From Candidatus Babeliales bacterium (GTDB taxonomy: Bacteria; Babelota; Babeliae; Babelales; JACPOV01): 64,000 nt of DNA. Below, one piece after another: positions 19,569 to 29,257 of this stretch. Made by a program: the position numbers and the translations under genes. The notes under the pieces were generated by a model. The model was not told the origin of the DNA. It saw only the letters and a list, made by a program, of their open reading frames with translations, and made no database searches. Positions within the stretch are counted from its first letter, which is position 1; the number at the start of each line of letters is the position of its first letter. The stretch covers positions 412,266 to 476,265 of the forward strand of contig JBFWNW010000001.1 of NCBI GenBank assembly GCA_050250855.1, written 5' to 3'.

Positions 19569-21572
19569 TTACTTAACTTTACTACCTATCTCCTTACACA
19601 AATTATCAAAGGTAGTACTTGAAGGAGCCGGTACATTGAGGATATCTGCCAGGGTTGGCGTAATCTGTTGGACCCAGATTTTTTGGCATACTTCCTTCTT
19701 TTCATAGCTATCCGGTTGATACAGCATTAAGGGGACATGGGTATCATAATGATATGGCGATTTGTGGCTGGTGCCGCGCATATTTTTACCCACCAAGGTG
19801 TATGGATATACTTGAATAATCAGGTCGCCGCTGCGGCCTGGGAAATATTGATTTTGGAAATGGTTCTTGAACTGATTGTCATCGTAATAACGTTTTTGTA
19901 ATTGCCGCGGCGTCCAGACTTGTTTTATGCCCGGTTGTTTTTTAAGCTCTCGTTTAAGCGTGTTAATAACTGCTTTTTGTTGTTTTGGTGGTAATGTATC
20001 AAAAACAGCATGATTCAGATAAAAATCGGGCGTATCAATATACCGTATTATATTTTTAAGATTAAATTTTTTCTCAAGCGTGGCATTGATTTCCTTTTTT
20101 AAAATGTTTTTATCAATGCGCTGTGCCGATGAATAACCTTTTTTTTGTACATTTTCAATTAAAGGCATACTCGCATGATCTGCTGTCAGAAGCCATACTA
20201 TATTTTCAGGATCTGCTTTTGTATGCATAAATGCCATAAATTCTGCAATTTCTTTATCAAGGTGATATAAAATATCTATATATTCTATGCTTTGTGCTGT
20301 AAAATGGTGCCCAATTTTATCGGGCGTACTGACGCTCAAAAACATAACAAAAAGATTGTCATCAGGGTTATACTCATTATCAATACACGTTTTGGCAAGT
20401 TCAAAAAGTAATGCTTGTGCGTGCGGCGTTTTTAAATAGTTTTTAGGAGCAACTACGGTTTGGTGTAAAGCTGGTTGTCTGCTGAATGCATATACGTCAT
20501 GAGCTGCATCATACGCTACATCTGATTTATCATAGGCAAGATGCCAGAAATTTTTTTCTGGCGCTTGATGATTTTTATTAAACTCTTTGAGCCAAGCAGG
20601 CAACGTGTCAAAATAGGCTTTGCTTGAACTGAATTGCATTGCTTTTTCATCAAACCAAACAGCTTTTCCTGCTTTGCCAGCGCACAGTGCCGCTGCACGA
20701 TCTTTATGCGAAAAACAAAATACTTTATTTTTCTTGTTTGCTGTTGCTTGCAGCATTATTTGATCTGCAAGCGTATCAACCATAAGATAGTGTGATGAAA
20801 CACCAAATGTATAAACACCATCAGGAGAAAAAACGGCTGAGCATGGGTTATTATCTTGAGCTGCATTAATTTCATTGCCATTATAATCGATCCAACCATT
20901 ATCAACAATGCCGTGATTGCGTGCATGTGTTCCTGTTGCAAGGCCGGCATGATTGGTTGCTGTTGCTGGCATTGACGAAGGCCAGTAAGCATTATTAAAG
21001 ATAATGGCATTATCAAAAAATGTTTTAAAGCCGCCCGTAAAGTATGGTTTTAAGTTGTGTAATGTTTGTTGCCCGAGTTGATCAATGACTAAAATAATGG
21101 CAACCTTGGGTGTAGTTTTTTTAGTATAATGATGAGTCCCATAAGTATCGGTAAGATTTGCATGCTCTAAATTAGCATATTCAAAATTTGTGTTTTTAAG
21201 ATTTGCTCTTTCAAAAATAGCATATTTTAACGAGGCTCCCTTGAAATTCGCATGTTCCAGAGAAGCTAATAAGAAATTAGCTCCTTCTAAATTTGAACAT
21301 TCAAAATTTGCAGAGGCTAGATTAGTATTGCCAAAGTTTGCATTTTTCAGATTGCTATAAGAAAAGTTTGTTCCCTCTAAATTTGAGCTTTCAAGAAGGA
21401 TAGGGATATTTTTTTTCTGTAATTCGTTTACAACGCTTCTTAAATCACAAAAACTTAGATCGCCAGCAATGCATTCTCCGGTTTTTTTAAATATTTCTAA
21501 ATGATCAGAATTATAGGCTATTATTAAATTACAGGAGAAGAAAAAAAATAAAAAAAACTTTATTTTATTCAT
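19569..21572 (-). CDS. pentapeptide-repeat / alkaline phosphatase-superfamily (PafA-like) fusion
   Basis: Signal peptide; (A/T)N(F/L)xx pentapeptide repeats; VIDQL, TATNHAGLATG, KDRAA, DKIGH, TADH. Confidence 0.85.
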   Translation of the reverse strand: MNKIKFFLFFFFSCNLIIAYNSDHLEIFKKTGECIAGDLSFCDLRSVVNELQKKNIPILLESSNLEGTNFSYSNLKNANFGNTNLASANFECSNLEGANFLLASLEHANFKGASLKYAIFERANLKNTNFEYANLEHANLTDTYGTHHYTKKTTPKVAIILVIDQLGQQTLHNLKPYFTGGFKTFFDNAIIFNNAYWPSSMPATATNHAGLATGTHARNHGIVDNGWIDYNGNEINAAQDNNPCSAVFSPDGVYTFGVSSHYLMVDTLADQIMLQATANKKNKVFCFSHKDRAAALCAGKAGKAVWFDEKAMQFSSSKAYFDTLPAWLKEFNKNHQAPEKNFWHLAYDKSDVAYDAAHDVYAFSRQPALHQTVVAPKNYLKTPHAQALLFELAKTCIDNEYNPDDNLFVMFLSVSTPDKIGHHFTAQSIEYIDILYHLDKEIAEFMAFMHTKADPENIVWLLTADHASMPLIENVQKKGYSSAQRIDKNILKKEINATLEKKFNLKNIIRYIDTPDFYLNHAVFDTLPPKQQKAVINTLKRELKKQPGIKQVWTPRQLQKRYYDDNQFKNHFQNQYFPGRSGDLIIQVYPYTLVGKNMRGTSHKSPYHYDTHVPLMLYQPDSYEKKEVCQKIWVQQITPTLADILNVPAPSSTTFDNLCKEIGSKVK

Positions 21573-21659
21573 ATGGATCCTTTTTAATGGTTTGTAATTT
21601 GTTATACTTTAGCAACAAGATACCTTGTAAATAAAGATAAAAGTGAAAGGAAGTTTCTT

Positions 21660-22298
21660 ATGATTAAAAAAATTATATTCAGCACGCTGGTGTTTACTAC
21701 TATGAATGCGATGGATGAGAATTCTTTGTTTATGCAATCGTATAAAAAAACTCTTGCCGCTATAAATGCCTATCAGAAGGTAGAGCCTAATCAGATGAAT
21801 TTTCTGTATGCTATGAAGGAAGATACTAAAAAAATCGTACTTAAAGATTTTTTATCCTGTGCTGAGCTTAAAAACGCAAGGGCTCAAACATTTACTCTGG
21901 CTCAATATATACATCTTAAAGAGGCGGCAAGAGGTAATGCTTTGTTTAACGCTCAGACTACAGTTATACTGGCCGGGCTTTATTCTTATTGGTCTATTTT
22001 CGATATCAATTGGGATTTGAATTATGATTGTTTTATGGACGAAAGATACCATTGGCATCGTAGGTGGAAGGTAAGTCAAAGATCCACAGATGAGAAAATA
22101 GAATTTTTCAGAGATAAAGTATTATGGTGGGGAGGTATTTTAGCTTTAGCTGTAATTTTTCGAAAACATTGTCGTTCTGAGTATCTTCTAAATACAGAAA
22201 AAGTAAATAATGCTCTTTCTCATGTTATGAGCAAAAAAGAAGCTGCTAAATATAACGAAACGTTGATGCGTAATATGGTTGATCGAGAAAAGTTATAA
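21660..22298 (+). CDS. secreted/membrane hypothetical protein (paralog A)
   Basis: Signal peptide; two hydrophobic segments; termini shared with the next gene. Confidence 0.7.
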   Translation: MIKKIIFSTLVFTTMNAMDENSLFMQSYKKTLAAINAYQKVEPNQMNFLYAMKEDTKKIVLKDFLSCAELKNARAQTFTLAQYIHLKEAARGNALFNAQTTVILAGLYSYWSIFDINWDLNYDCFMDERYHWHRRWKVSQRSTDEKIEFFRDKVLWWGGILALAVIFRKHCRSEYLLNTEKVNNALSHVMSKKEAAKYNETLMRNMVDREKL

Positions 22299-22308
22299 GG
22301 AGGTTTCT

Positions 22309-22968
22309 ATGATTAAAAAAACTATATTCAGTACGCTGGTGTTTATTACCATGAATGCTATGGATAATAATTCTTGTTTTATGCAATCGTATAACAAAAC
22401 GCTTGCCGCTATTAATGCTTATCAAAAAGTAGAACCTAATCAGATTAACTTTTTGTATGCCATGAAGAATGAACCGTTAAGAAAAGGTGCGCAGCAAGAT
22501 CTTTTATCATGTGCGGAGCTTAAGAATGCGAGAGCTCAAGGTTTTACTATTGACTCATATAGATCTAGAATTTTTACCAATCAATGTATTCCTTTTATTA
22601 CAGGTCTTTTTATAATCGGAAATGCTGGTATTGTTTCGAATAAAATCATACAAGACATACAAAAAAATAGAAAAGAGCTCACAGCTGCTTGGGATTCGGA
22701 TACAGGTCGTAGGTATGAATATACATCACAATACACAGCTTTTATAGATTGGGAAAATGATCGATTAATAAAAATCACGTTTGATAAAGTACTTTTAGGA
22801 GGACTTTTAGTTTTCACCGCACTACTTACTAAAAAGTTTAGCATTAATCCTTTTTTGATGAATAAAAAAAAATGTACCGATGCACTTCTTCATGTCACTA
22901 GTAAAAAAGAAGCTGCTAAACATAACGAAACGTTGATGCGTAATATTGTTGATAGAGAAAAACTATAA
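22309..22968 (+). CDS. secreted/membrane hypothetical protein (paralog B)
   Basis: RBS AGGAGG before the ATG at 22309; N- and C-termini nearly identical to the 21660 gene. Confidence 0.7.
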   Translation: MIKKTIFSTLVFITMNAMDNNSCFMQSYNKTLAAINAYQKVEPNQINFLYAMKNEPLRKGAQQDLLSCAELKNARAQGFTIDSYRSRIFTNQCIPFITGLFIIGNAGIVSNKIIQDIQKNRKELTAAWDSDTGRRYEYTSQYTAFIDWENDRLIKITFDKVLLGGLLVFTALLTKKFSINPFLMNKKKCTDALLHVTSKKEAAKHNETLMRNIVDREKL

Positions 22969-22969
22969 G

Positions 22970-24271
22970 CTAAAAACTGTGCACCAGCTTTTTAAAATAA
23001 GCACCGCGTTCTTGATAGTTTTTAAATAAGTCAAAGCTTGCCCCGGCCGGTGAAAAAAGTACAGCATCGCCGCCTTGTGCATTATCCATACAAACAGAAA
23101 ATGCTTGCTCAAGGGTAGAATATGCTTCTGCTGGAATTGTATATTCTGCGCAAGCGGTAAAAAGCTGTTCAGCTTCTTTGCCAAAACAGTACACTTTTTT
23201 GACCTTACCTTGTAACTCTTTGATCATGGGCTTGCGGTCAATACCTTTGCTAATACCACCCAAAAATAAAATAACTGAACTGTTACCAAGGGCATTCAGC
23301 GCAGTAAGCGTTGCTTGAGGAACGGTAGATTTTGAATCATTATAAAACGTAATATTATTTTTTGTAGCAACCTTTTCTAAGCGATGTTCAATAGTTTGTT
23401 CTTGTGCAAGAAATGAAATATCAGGAGCAATACCCAAAAGATTGAGCGCTGCGGCAACAATAAGAATATTTTCTTGATACAGATGCGGTGGTAATGCAGC
23501 AATGTCGCATAATTCTTTTTGCGTAACGCCATCTATAATTTTTTTATTATCCAGATAATAAAGATTATTTTCAAAACTATTTTGCTTTTTACAAGAAAAG
23601 AATCGTGTAGCCTTGGGCCACACAGTGTCATTTTTAAAAGTAAGCGGCACCAGTGATTTTTGATCTTCTTTTTGGTAAGCAAACATATTTTTTTTTGCAG
23701 CAAAATAATCCTGCAGCGTTGTATGCCGATCTAAATGATTCGGGAAAAAATTTGTCAGGATCGCTAAATCTGGGGCAAACAGTGTGCAATGCTCCAGCTG
23801 AAAGCTAGAAACTTCTAGAACAGCATAATCAAGTTCATCTTGCTTTTCTAATAGATCGCATAATCCCACACCAATATTGCCGCCGCAAACGACACGTTTG
23901 CCAGCATGCGCAAGCGCTTTGGTCAACAGCGTGGTAACCGTTGTTTTGCCTAAGGTGCCGGTAATGGCAATAATCGGTTTTTTAAAATAGAGCGCAAAAA
24001 GATCCAGCTCTGGCAATAATTTATGGTGTACCGATGCAAAGGGGCGCAGATCTATGCCGCCGCTCGGGATAATAATATCCTGCGTTTGTAAAAACTGCTC
24101 AAGGTTTTGCTCATGAGCAACATTCAGCTTTTGTAATGTTGCTTCTTCATCTAAAGAAAGCGCTCGTTGATCAAAAATGGTTACGGCATGGCCAGCAGCC
24201 AAAAAGGCGGCTGTTGCTTTGCCCATAATGCCGTAGCCCCATATGCCAATTTTTTTATTATTGAGGTTCAT
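22970..24271 (-). CDS. murD: UDP-N-acetylmuramoyl-L-alanine--D-glutamate ligase
   Basis: AITGTLGKTT, GGNIG, LEVSSFQLE, HLDRH, HRLE, NDSKST, SPAGASFD. Confidence 0.95.
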   Translation of the reverse strand: MNLNNKKIGIWGYGIMGKATAAFLAAGHAVTIFDQRALSLDEEATLQKLNVAHEQNLEQFLQTQDIIIPSGGIDLRPFASVHHKLLPELDLFALYFKKPIIAITGTLGKTTVTTLLTKALAHAGKRVVCGGNIGVGLCDLLEKQDELDYAVLEVSSFQLEHCTLFAPDLAILTNFFPNHLDRHTTLQDYFAAKKNMFAYQKEDQKSLVPLTFKNDTVWPKATRFFSCKKQNSFENNLYYLDNKKIIDGVTQKELCDIAALPPHLYQENILIVAAALNLLGIAPDISFLAQEQTIEHRLEKVATKNNITFYNDSKSTVPQATLTALNALGNSSVILFLGGISKGIDRKPMIKELQGKVKKVYCFGKEAEQLFTACAEYTIPAEAYSTLEQAFSVCMDNAQGGDAVLFSPAGASFDLFKNYQERGAYFKKLVHSF

Positions 24272-24274
24272 AGA

Positions 24275-24763
24275 TTATTGATAATATTCTTCAAAAGTAG
24301 TTTGTAAAAGTAAAATTTTGAAAAAATACTTTATACTTATATATAAACCATACCCAGGTAATTTTTCAATAAATGATATGACTGGGTATCTTTTTCTAAC
24401 GATTTTTCCATCACAGCTTCCATAATAAGAGGAAATGATTATATTTTCAGTTTCCTTATCAACCATTCCCTCATGCATAAGTCCAAGCTTTTCAAAAGTA
24501 TTAATTGTTTCTTGTTTAAAGCGTTTATATTCTTCCTTTTTTTGATTTTCTGCCTCTTGGGGACTTAGATCTGGGTCGTTTGTGTAAAAACAATATTGAA
24601 CTAAAAAGAAGTAGGGCCATTTATCAATTTCATGTAAAGCTTCCCATACCTTGTCTATTTTTTCTTGTGGAACATCGACACCATTGCGTAATACTGTTGC
24701 TTCAAGGACATTATTATTTAAAAAATTAAGAACTAAAAACACAATAAATAGCTTTTTTTTCAT
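24275..24763 (-). CDS. secreted hypothetical protein
   Basis: Signal peptide MKKKLFIVFLVLNFLNNN shared with the two upstream genes. Confidence 0.6.
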   Translation of the reverse strand: MKKKLFIVFLVLNFLNNNVLEATVLRNGVDVPQEKIDKVWEALHEIDKWPYFFLVQYCFYTNDPDLSPQEAENQKKEEYKRFKQETINTFEKLGLMHEGMVDKETENIIISSYYGSCDGKIVRKRYPVISFIEKLPGYGLYISIKYFFKILLLQTTFEEYYQ

Positions 24764-24777
24764 AAGGACTACTTAGC

Positions 24778-25317
24778 TTAACTTTTTAAATGCCAAGATA
24801 AGCAGACACGGTCTTTGCATTCACCATTTTCATCCAAAGGCCAAAATTCTTGGTTTGGTTCTTGTTTAAAAAGTTCCTGATAGAGATTTATTAAATTTTC
24901 TTTTTGCTCGGGAGTCGCTGGCTCAGGTTTTTCAGCTGGCACATGATGCATGAATTTCCCCAATAATTTTTTGCAGAAATTTTTATATTCATGTGTAAAT
25001 AATATAAATGTATGCCAATAATCATCAAGCTCTTTATGAAACATAGGTAGTGGCATAGTTGATACAGAACCTGCTATTGCAAATTTTTTAAATTCTAGAT
25101 CAAGAATCTTTAAACGTTCATTAGATACTTCTTCATGTTCTTTTTTATAACGATTCATGACAAATGTTGTATCGTAAGCAAATATTTTTTCTCTAGATTC
25201 TATTGATATGGTACTAGGCGCAGACTTTGGTACCCCACATGTCATAACAGAAAAATTATTGCCGTTATTATTTAAGAAATTAAGAAGTAAAAACACAATA
25301 GATAATTTTTTTTTCAT
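24778..25317 (-). CDS. secreted protein with GRDP-like (D-x-x-WH-x-x-IL) domain
   Basis: EFKKF...LDDYWHTFILFTHEYKNFCKKLLGKFMHHVP. Confidence 0.65.
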   Translation of the reverse strand: MKKKLSIVFLLLNFLNNNGNNFSVMTCGVPKSAPSTISIESREKIFAYDTTFVMNRYKKEHEEVSNERLKILDLEFKKFAIAGSVSTMPLPMFHKELDDYWHTFILFTHEYKNFCKKLLGKFMHHVPAEKPEPATPEQKENLINLYQELFKQEPNQEFWPLDENGECKDRVCLSWHLKS

Positions 25318-25460
25318 GATAAAGCCTTTGCTGTTTAATTAAATAGCAGCAACACCAATCGTTACTGCTATTATTACTTTTACTGTTAATAGTTTAATAT
25401 TTAGTGAGCTAAATATCCATTGAATAGAAGGCGCAATACCATTGTTTCAAGCTTGAAATA

Positions 25461-26063
25461 TTAAAAATCACAACTTTCACTTTCACAGTTGAAGTTACAA
25501 GCTCTACCACAAATGGAACCACACCAGCTTGTACAGTCGCTAAATTTCTCATTTTTACTCAAGGGCCAAAATTCTTGGTTTGGTTCATGATTAAAAAGCT
25601 TCTGATATAAATTTATTAAATTTTCTTTTTGCTCAATGCTTACTGGTTCTGGATTTTCAGCAGGTACATGATGCATAAATTTCCCCAATAATTTTTTGCA
25701 GAAATTTTTATATTCATGCGTAAATAATATAAATGTATGCCAATAATCATCAAGATCTTTGTTGCACATAGGTAATGGCATAGTTGATACAGAACCTGCT
25801 ATTGCAAATTTCTTAAACTCTAGATCAAGGATTTGTAAGCGATCATCAGATACGTCTTTATGTTCTTTTCTATAGCGATTCATGACAAATGTTGTATCGT
25901 AAGCAAATATTTGTTCTCTAGATTCTATTGATAGGTTACTAGGTTCAGATTTTGGGACGCCACATGTCATAACCGGTGCATAGCAATCCATGCTTGAAGA
26001 ATTATTACCGTTATTATTTAAGAAATTAAGAAGTAAAAACACAATAGATAATTTTTTTTTCAT
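25461..26063 (-). CDS. paralog of the 24778 gene with a Cys-rich tail
   Basis: Same domain; tail CTSWCGSICGRACNFNCESESC. Confidence 0.65.
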   Translation of the reverse strand: MKKKLSIVFLLLNFLNNNGNNSSSMDCYAPVMTCGVPKSEPSNLSIESREQIFAYDTTFVMNRYRKEHKDVSDDRLQILDLEFKKFAIAGSVSTMPLPMCNKDLDDYWHTFILFTHEYKNFCKKLLGKFMHHVPAENPEPVSIEQKENLINLYQKLFNHEPNQEFWPLSKNEKFSDCTSWCGSICGRACNFNCESESCDF

Positions 26064-26130
26064 AATGCTCCTTTTGTGGATTCGTTATATAAAAATCTTT
26101 ATGCAATTTTGTATGAAAGTGTTTTTTTTG

Positions 26131-27558
26131 TCAATATTTTTCTGAAAATAAGCTGAAATTACCATCCTTAACCTCATAAATCGTAGAAATTGATAATTCT
26201 TTTAAAAATTCTAGATCATGAGTTACTATAATCATTGCTCCTGAATAAGCATTAAGAACTTTTATAACATGCCTCCGTATTTCAAGATCAATATTATTAG
26301 TTATTTCATCAAGCAGTAAAAGAGAAGGATTACGTGCTGCAAGTTGCGCTAAGCATAACCGTGCTTTTTCACCACCTGATAGCGATGAAATTTTAGCTGC
26401 GATGCTTTCCTGAGCGCTGAAAAGAAAATCATTTAAATGTTTGCGCACTTGTTGACTTGACCACATAGGAGCAGCATCTTGTATGATTTCTTCAACTGTT
26501 AAGTTGCAGTTAAGTGTTGAATAGTGTTGATCTAAATAACCAATATCATTTTTTTCTGGTATTAGCCATTCTCCTTGCAATAGTATTGCTGAATCTTGTA
26601 AAATAGCTTTTAATAGTGTTGATTTTCCAGTGCCATTATCACCTATAATTGCAATTCTAGTATCGCCTTGTAGTTGGAGATTTATATCTTTAAGCAAAGG
26701 ATTTTTATAACCACAACTTCCATGATTAATAGAGACAATTGATTTTTTTGAAGGTGTTTTGCATGCTTCAAGATTAAATTTAGGCTCTAGCTCTTTATGA
26801 ATAAAGTTATTGGTAAATTGTTGTTGTATATTTTCTTGAGACCTAGATAATCGTTTTAAATTTTTTCCGATAGTTTGTGATCCACTTTCTTTCATAGCGC
26901 CCAATAAACTACGATCATTTTCATTTTTATTACGGGATTTGCTTTGAGAGGCTCTTTTATTTTCTTGTTCTATCAATTTACGCAACTTGCGTTTTTCCTT
27001 GAGCAAATACTCTCGCTGGAGTTCAAGAGTATTTTTTTTGAGATCATGTTCTTTGAGATATTTTTTATAGTTTCCTCGAAAAATACTTATTAAGCTATGT
27101 TCAATATGCCAAATTTCATCAAATTCTAAGTTTAATATATCGGGGTCATGTGAAACTATTATTAATGTCCCAGAATATCGCTGTAACATGTGAATTAGTG
27201 ATCTCTTGTTATTTAGGTCTAAATGATTAGTTGGTTCATCAAGGCATAAAATATCAGGATTAAGGCTGAGGGCTTTTGAAAGTTCTTTATTAAATCGTTG
27301 CCCTCCACTTAATTCAGTATACTCTTGAATTGTTTGAGGAACGTAACCAAATACTAAACTATCTGGAATAGTAACAGTCCCCTCGATGGGATTTACAAGT
27401 CCTTGAATTATTTTAAGCAGGGTAGATTTTCCAGCACCATTAATCCCCATAATAACTATACGCTTTTTGGGATAAATTTGTGCATTAAAGTTTTCAAAAC
27501 AAATTTTGTTATGAATAGAAAAAGAAATATTATTAATGCTAATTGGTTTTTTATTCAT
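26131..27558 (-). CDS. ABC-F family ATPase
   Basis: Two ABC domains (GINGAGKS/LSGG/LDEPTNHLD; GDNGTGKS/LSGGE/LLLDE), coiled linker, no transmembrane segments. Confidence 0.9.
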   Translation of the reverse strand: MNKKPISINNISFSIHNKICFENFNAQIYPKKRIVIMGINGAGKSTLLKIIQGLVNPIEGTVTIPDSLVFGYVPQTIQEYTELSGGQRFNKELSKALSLNPDILCLDEPTNHLDLNNKRSLIHMLQRYSGTLIIVSHDPDILNLEFDEIWHIEHSLISIFRGNYKKYLKEHDLKKNTLELQREYLLKEKRKLRKLIEQENKRASQSKSRNKNENDRSLLGAMKESGSQTIGKNLKRLSRSQENIQQQFTNNFIHKELEPKFNLEACKTPSKKSIVSINHGSCGYKNPLLKDINLQLQGDTRIAIIGDNGTGKSTLLKAILQDSAILLQGEWLIPEKNDIGYLDQHYSTLNCNLTVEEIIQDAAPMWSSQQVRKHLNDFLFSAQESIAAKISSLSGGEKARLCLAQLAARNPSLLLLDEITNNIDLEIRRHVIKVLNAYSGAMIIVTHDLEFLKELSISTIYEVKDGNFSLFSEKY

Positions 27559-27615
27559 AAAAATAACTCCTACTTATAGCATTAAGTTTAAATTATTTTT
27601 TAAAACGAGTATATC

Positions 27616-27639
27616 AAACAAGAGTCCGGACTCTTGTTT
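27616..27639. terminator. perfect 24-bp palindrome between padR and the ABC-F gene
   Basis: AAACAAGAGTCCGGACTCTTGTTT. Confidence 0.55.
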
Positions 27640-27649
27640 AGTGCTTCTA

Positions 27650-28201
27650 CTATGGTAACTGATCCTTTTTTACTTTTTCAAGAGCAGATTCAATCCATGC
27701 TATTTCTGCATTCATATGCGCAATTTGCAGTTGAAAATTCTCAGAAATGTGGCGAGGTGCTTTTGTCTCTTTCATGCGCAAGGGGGTTAAGTGTTGCATA
27801 GAGTCAACAATTGACTTTAAAATGCGCACTCTATTTTCTAAAGCAAGAACAATCTCTTCTTTTGGCAGCATATTCATAAATGTCAATGCAACTTGAAAAG
27901 GATCGATGATTGGCTTTATTTCCCACCATTGATTACGCAGAAGGCGCTTAAACTCCTCCTTACCACTTTCTGTTATTTCGTAGATTGTTTTGCCTGATGC
28001 TTCTTGTACCGTTGCATCACTGCATACCGGTTGTACAAGACCTTCTTCTGCCATAGATTTAAGGGCAAAATAGAGAGACCCATAAGCAATGTTCGCCCAC
28101 TTTTCTGCATTCCATGATTCAAGCTCTTGCCGAATCTCATAGCCATGCTTAGGGCCACGTTGTGCCAATACTCCTAAAATGAGTATACGTGCTGAAGACA
28201 T
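27650..28201 (-). CDS. PadR family transcriptional regulator
   Basis: ILGVL...HGYEI...GSLYFAL...YEITESG. Confidence 0.9.
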   Translation of the reverse strand: MSSARILILGVLAQRGPKHGYEIRQELESWNAEKWANIAYGSLYFALKSMAEEGLVQPVCSDATVQEASGKTIYEITESGKEEFKRLLRNQWWEIKPIIDPFQVALTFMNMLPKEEIVLALENRVRILKSIVDSMQHLTPLRMKETKAPRHISENFQLQIAHMNAEIAWIESALEKVKKDQLP

Positions 28202-28231
28202 AAAAACTCCTTGGTGTTAAAAATTAAATAT

Positions 28232-28249
28232 AAACTTATATACAAGTTT
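28232..28249. promoter_or_regulatory. candidate PadR operator
   Basis: Inverted repeat AAACTT-N6-AAGTTT just upstream of padR. Confidence 0.4.
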
Positions 28250-28353
28250 GTATAAAATATTGATCATTGTCAAGATATTGTTAATTAATTTGAAAATTCG
28301 TTTGATATGTATTAATATTATATGCATACAAATCATTTTGAGAAGGATAAAAT

Positions 28354-28791
28354 ATGCTAATTATTGAGCACTGTGTTGAAACGGCGGCCCGACCGGAGAC
28401 TGTTTGGGCGTTATACCAAGATGTATCGGCGTGGCCTTTATGGGATAAGGAAGTTGAATATGCGAAATTGCTTGGTCCTTTTGCTCTAGGTACCAAGGGT
28501 AAGCTTAAGCCGGTTGGCGGTCCCGAGGTGCCGTTTGAGATTACGCACTTAGAACCTTTTAAAATATTTTCAGATACATCGTATGTACCTCTTGGTACGT
28601 TAATGTTTATGCATACGTTAAAAAAGCAGGCCAATGGCAAAACTGAAATATGCCATAAGGTTGAAATAAAAGGTTTTCTGAAATATTTTTGGGCGTTTGT
28701 CATTGGTAGGAATATAAAAAAAGGGCTCCCCCATGCAATGCAAAGTTTAGCAGCATTAGCAGAAAAGAAAGAAGCCAATGAAAGAAAATAA
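28354..28791 (+). CDS. SRPBCC/polyketide cyclase family protein
   Basis: PETVWALYQDVSAWPLWD pattern. Confidence 0.8.
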   Translation: MLIIEHCVETAARPETVWALYQDVSAWPLWDKEVEYAKLLGPFALGTKGKLKPVGGPEVPFEITHLEPFKIFSDTSYVPLGTLMFMHTLKKQANGKTEICHKVEIKGFLKYFWAFVIGRNIKKGLPHAMQSLAALAEKKEANERK

Positions 28792-29230
28792 ATGGGAATT
28801 AAGCCGTTTTACCTCAGCTCAAGAAAGTCCAGGGTTTCTTTTGTGGCAAGTATATCTTGTATGGAAGCGTAAGATTGAATCTCGTTTAGAGTTTTTTAAT
28901 CTTACCCATATACAGTTTGTGTTGCTTGCCGGGCTTGCTTATTTGCAAAAAAATAATGCTGACGTCAGTCAAGTGGAACTGGCTAATTTTACTCAATGTG
29001 ATGTTGCCATGACGTCTCAAGTGTTACGAACCCTAGTAAAAAAAAATTTAATAGAACGTTATCAAAAGCCAGACGATGAGCGCGCTAAATATCCAAGACT
29101 CACCGCTCATGGTTTAAAAACATTGGAATCTGCTATTAAGGAGGTTGAATCAATAGATCATAATTTTTTTAATCTAGGAGCTGATTATAAAATATTTTTA
29201 ACATGTTTGCAGCAATTAATAACACGATAA
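28778..29230 (+). CDS. MarR family transcriptional regulator
   Basis: SPGFLLWQ, LTHIQF, SQVELA, DERAK..LT..G. Confidence 0.88.
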   Translation: MKENKWELSRFTSAQESPGFLLWQVYLVWKRKIESRLEFFNLTHIQFVLLAGLAYLQKNNADVSQVELANFTQCDVAMTSQVLRTLVKKNLIERYQKPDDERAKYPRLTAHGLKTLESAIKEVESIDHNFFNLGADYKIFLTCLQQLITR

Positions 29231-29257
29231 TATTTAATTATTCATTAAAAAGGATTT

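Noticed and set aside
28281..28778. 165-aa minus-strand ORF
   Set aside because: Antisense to the recognisable SRPBCC gene
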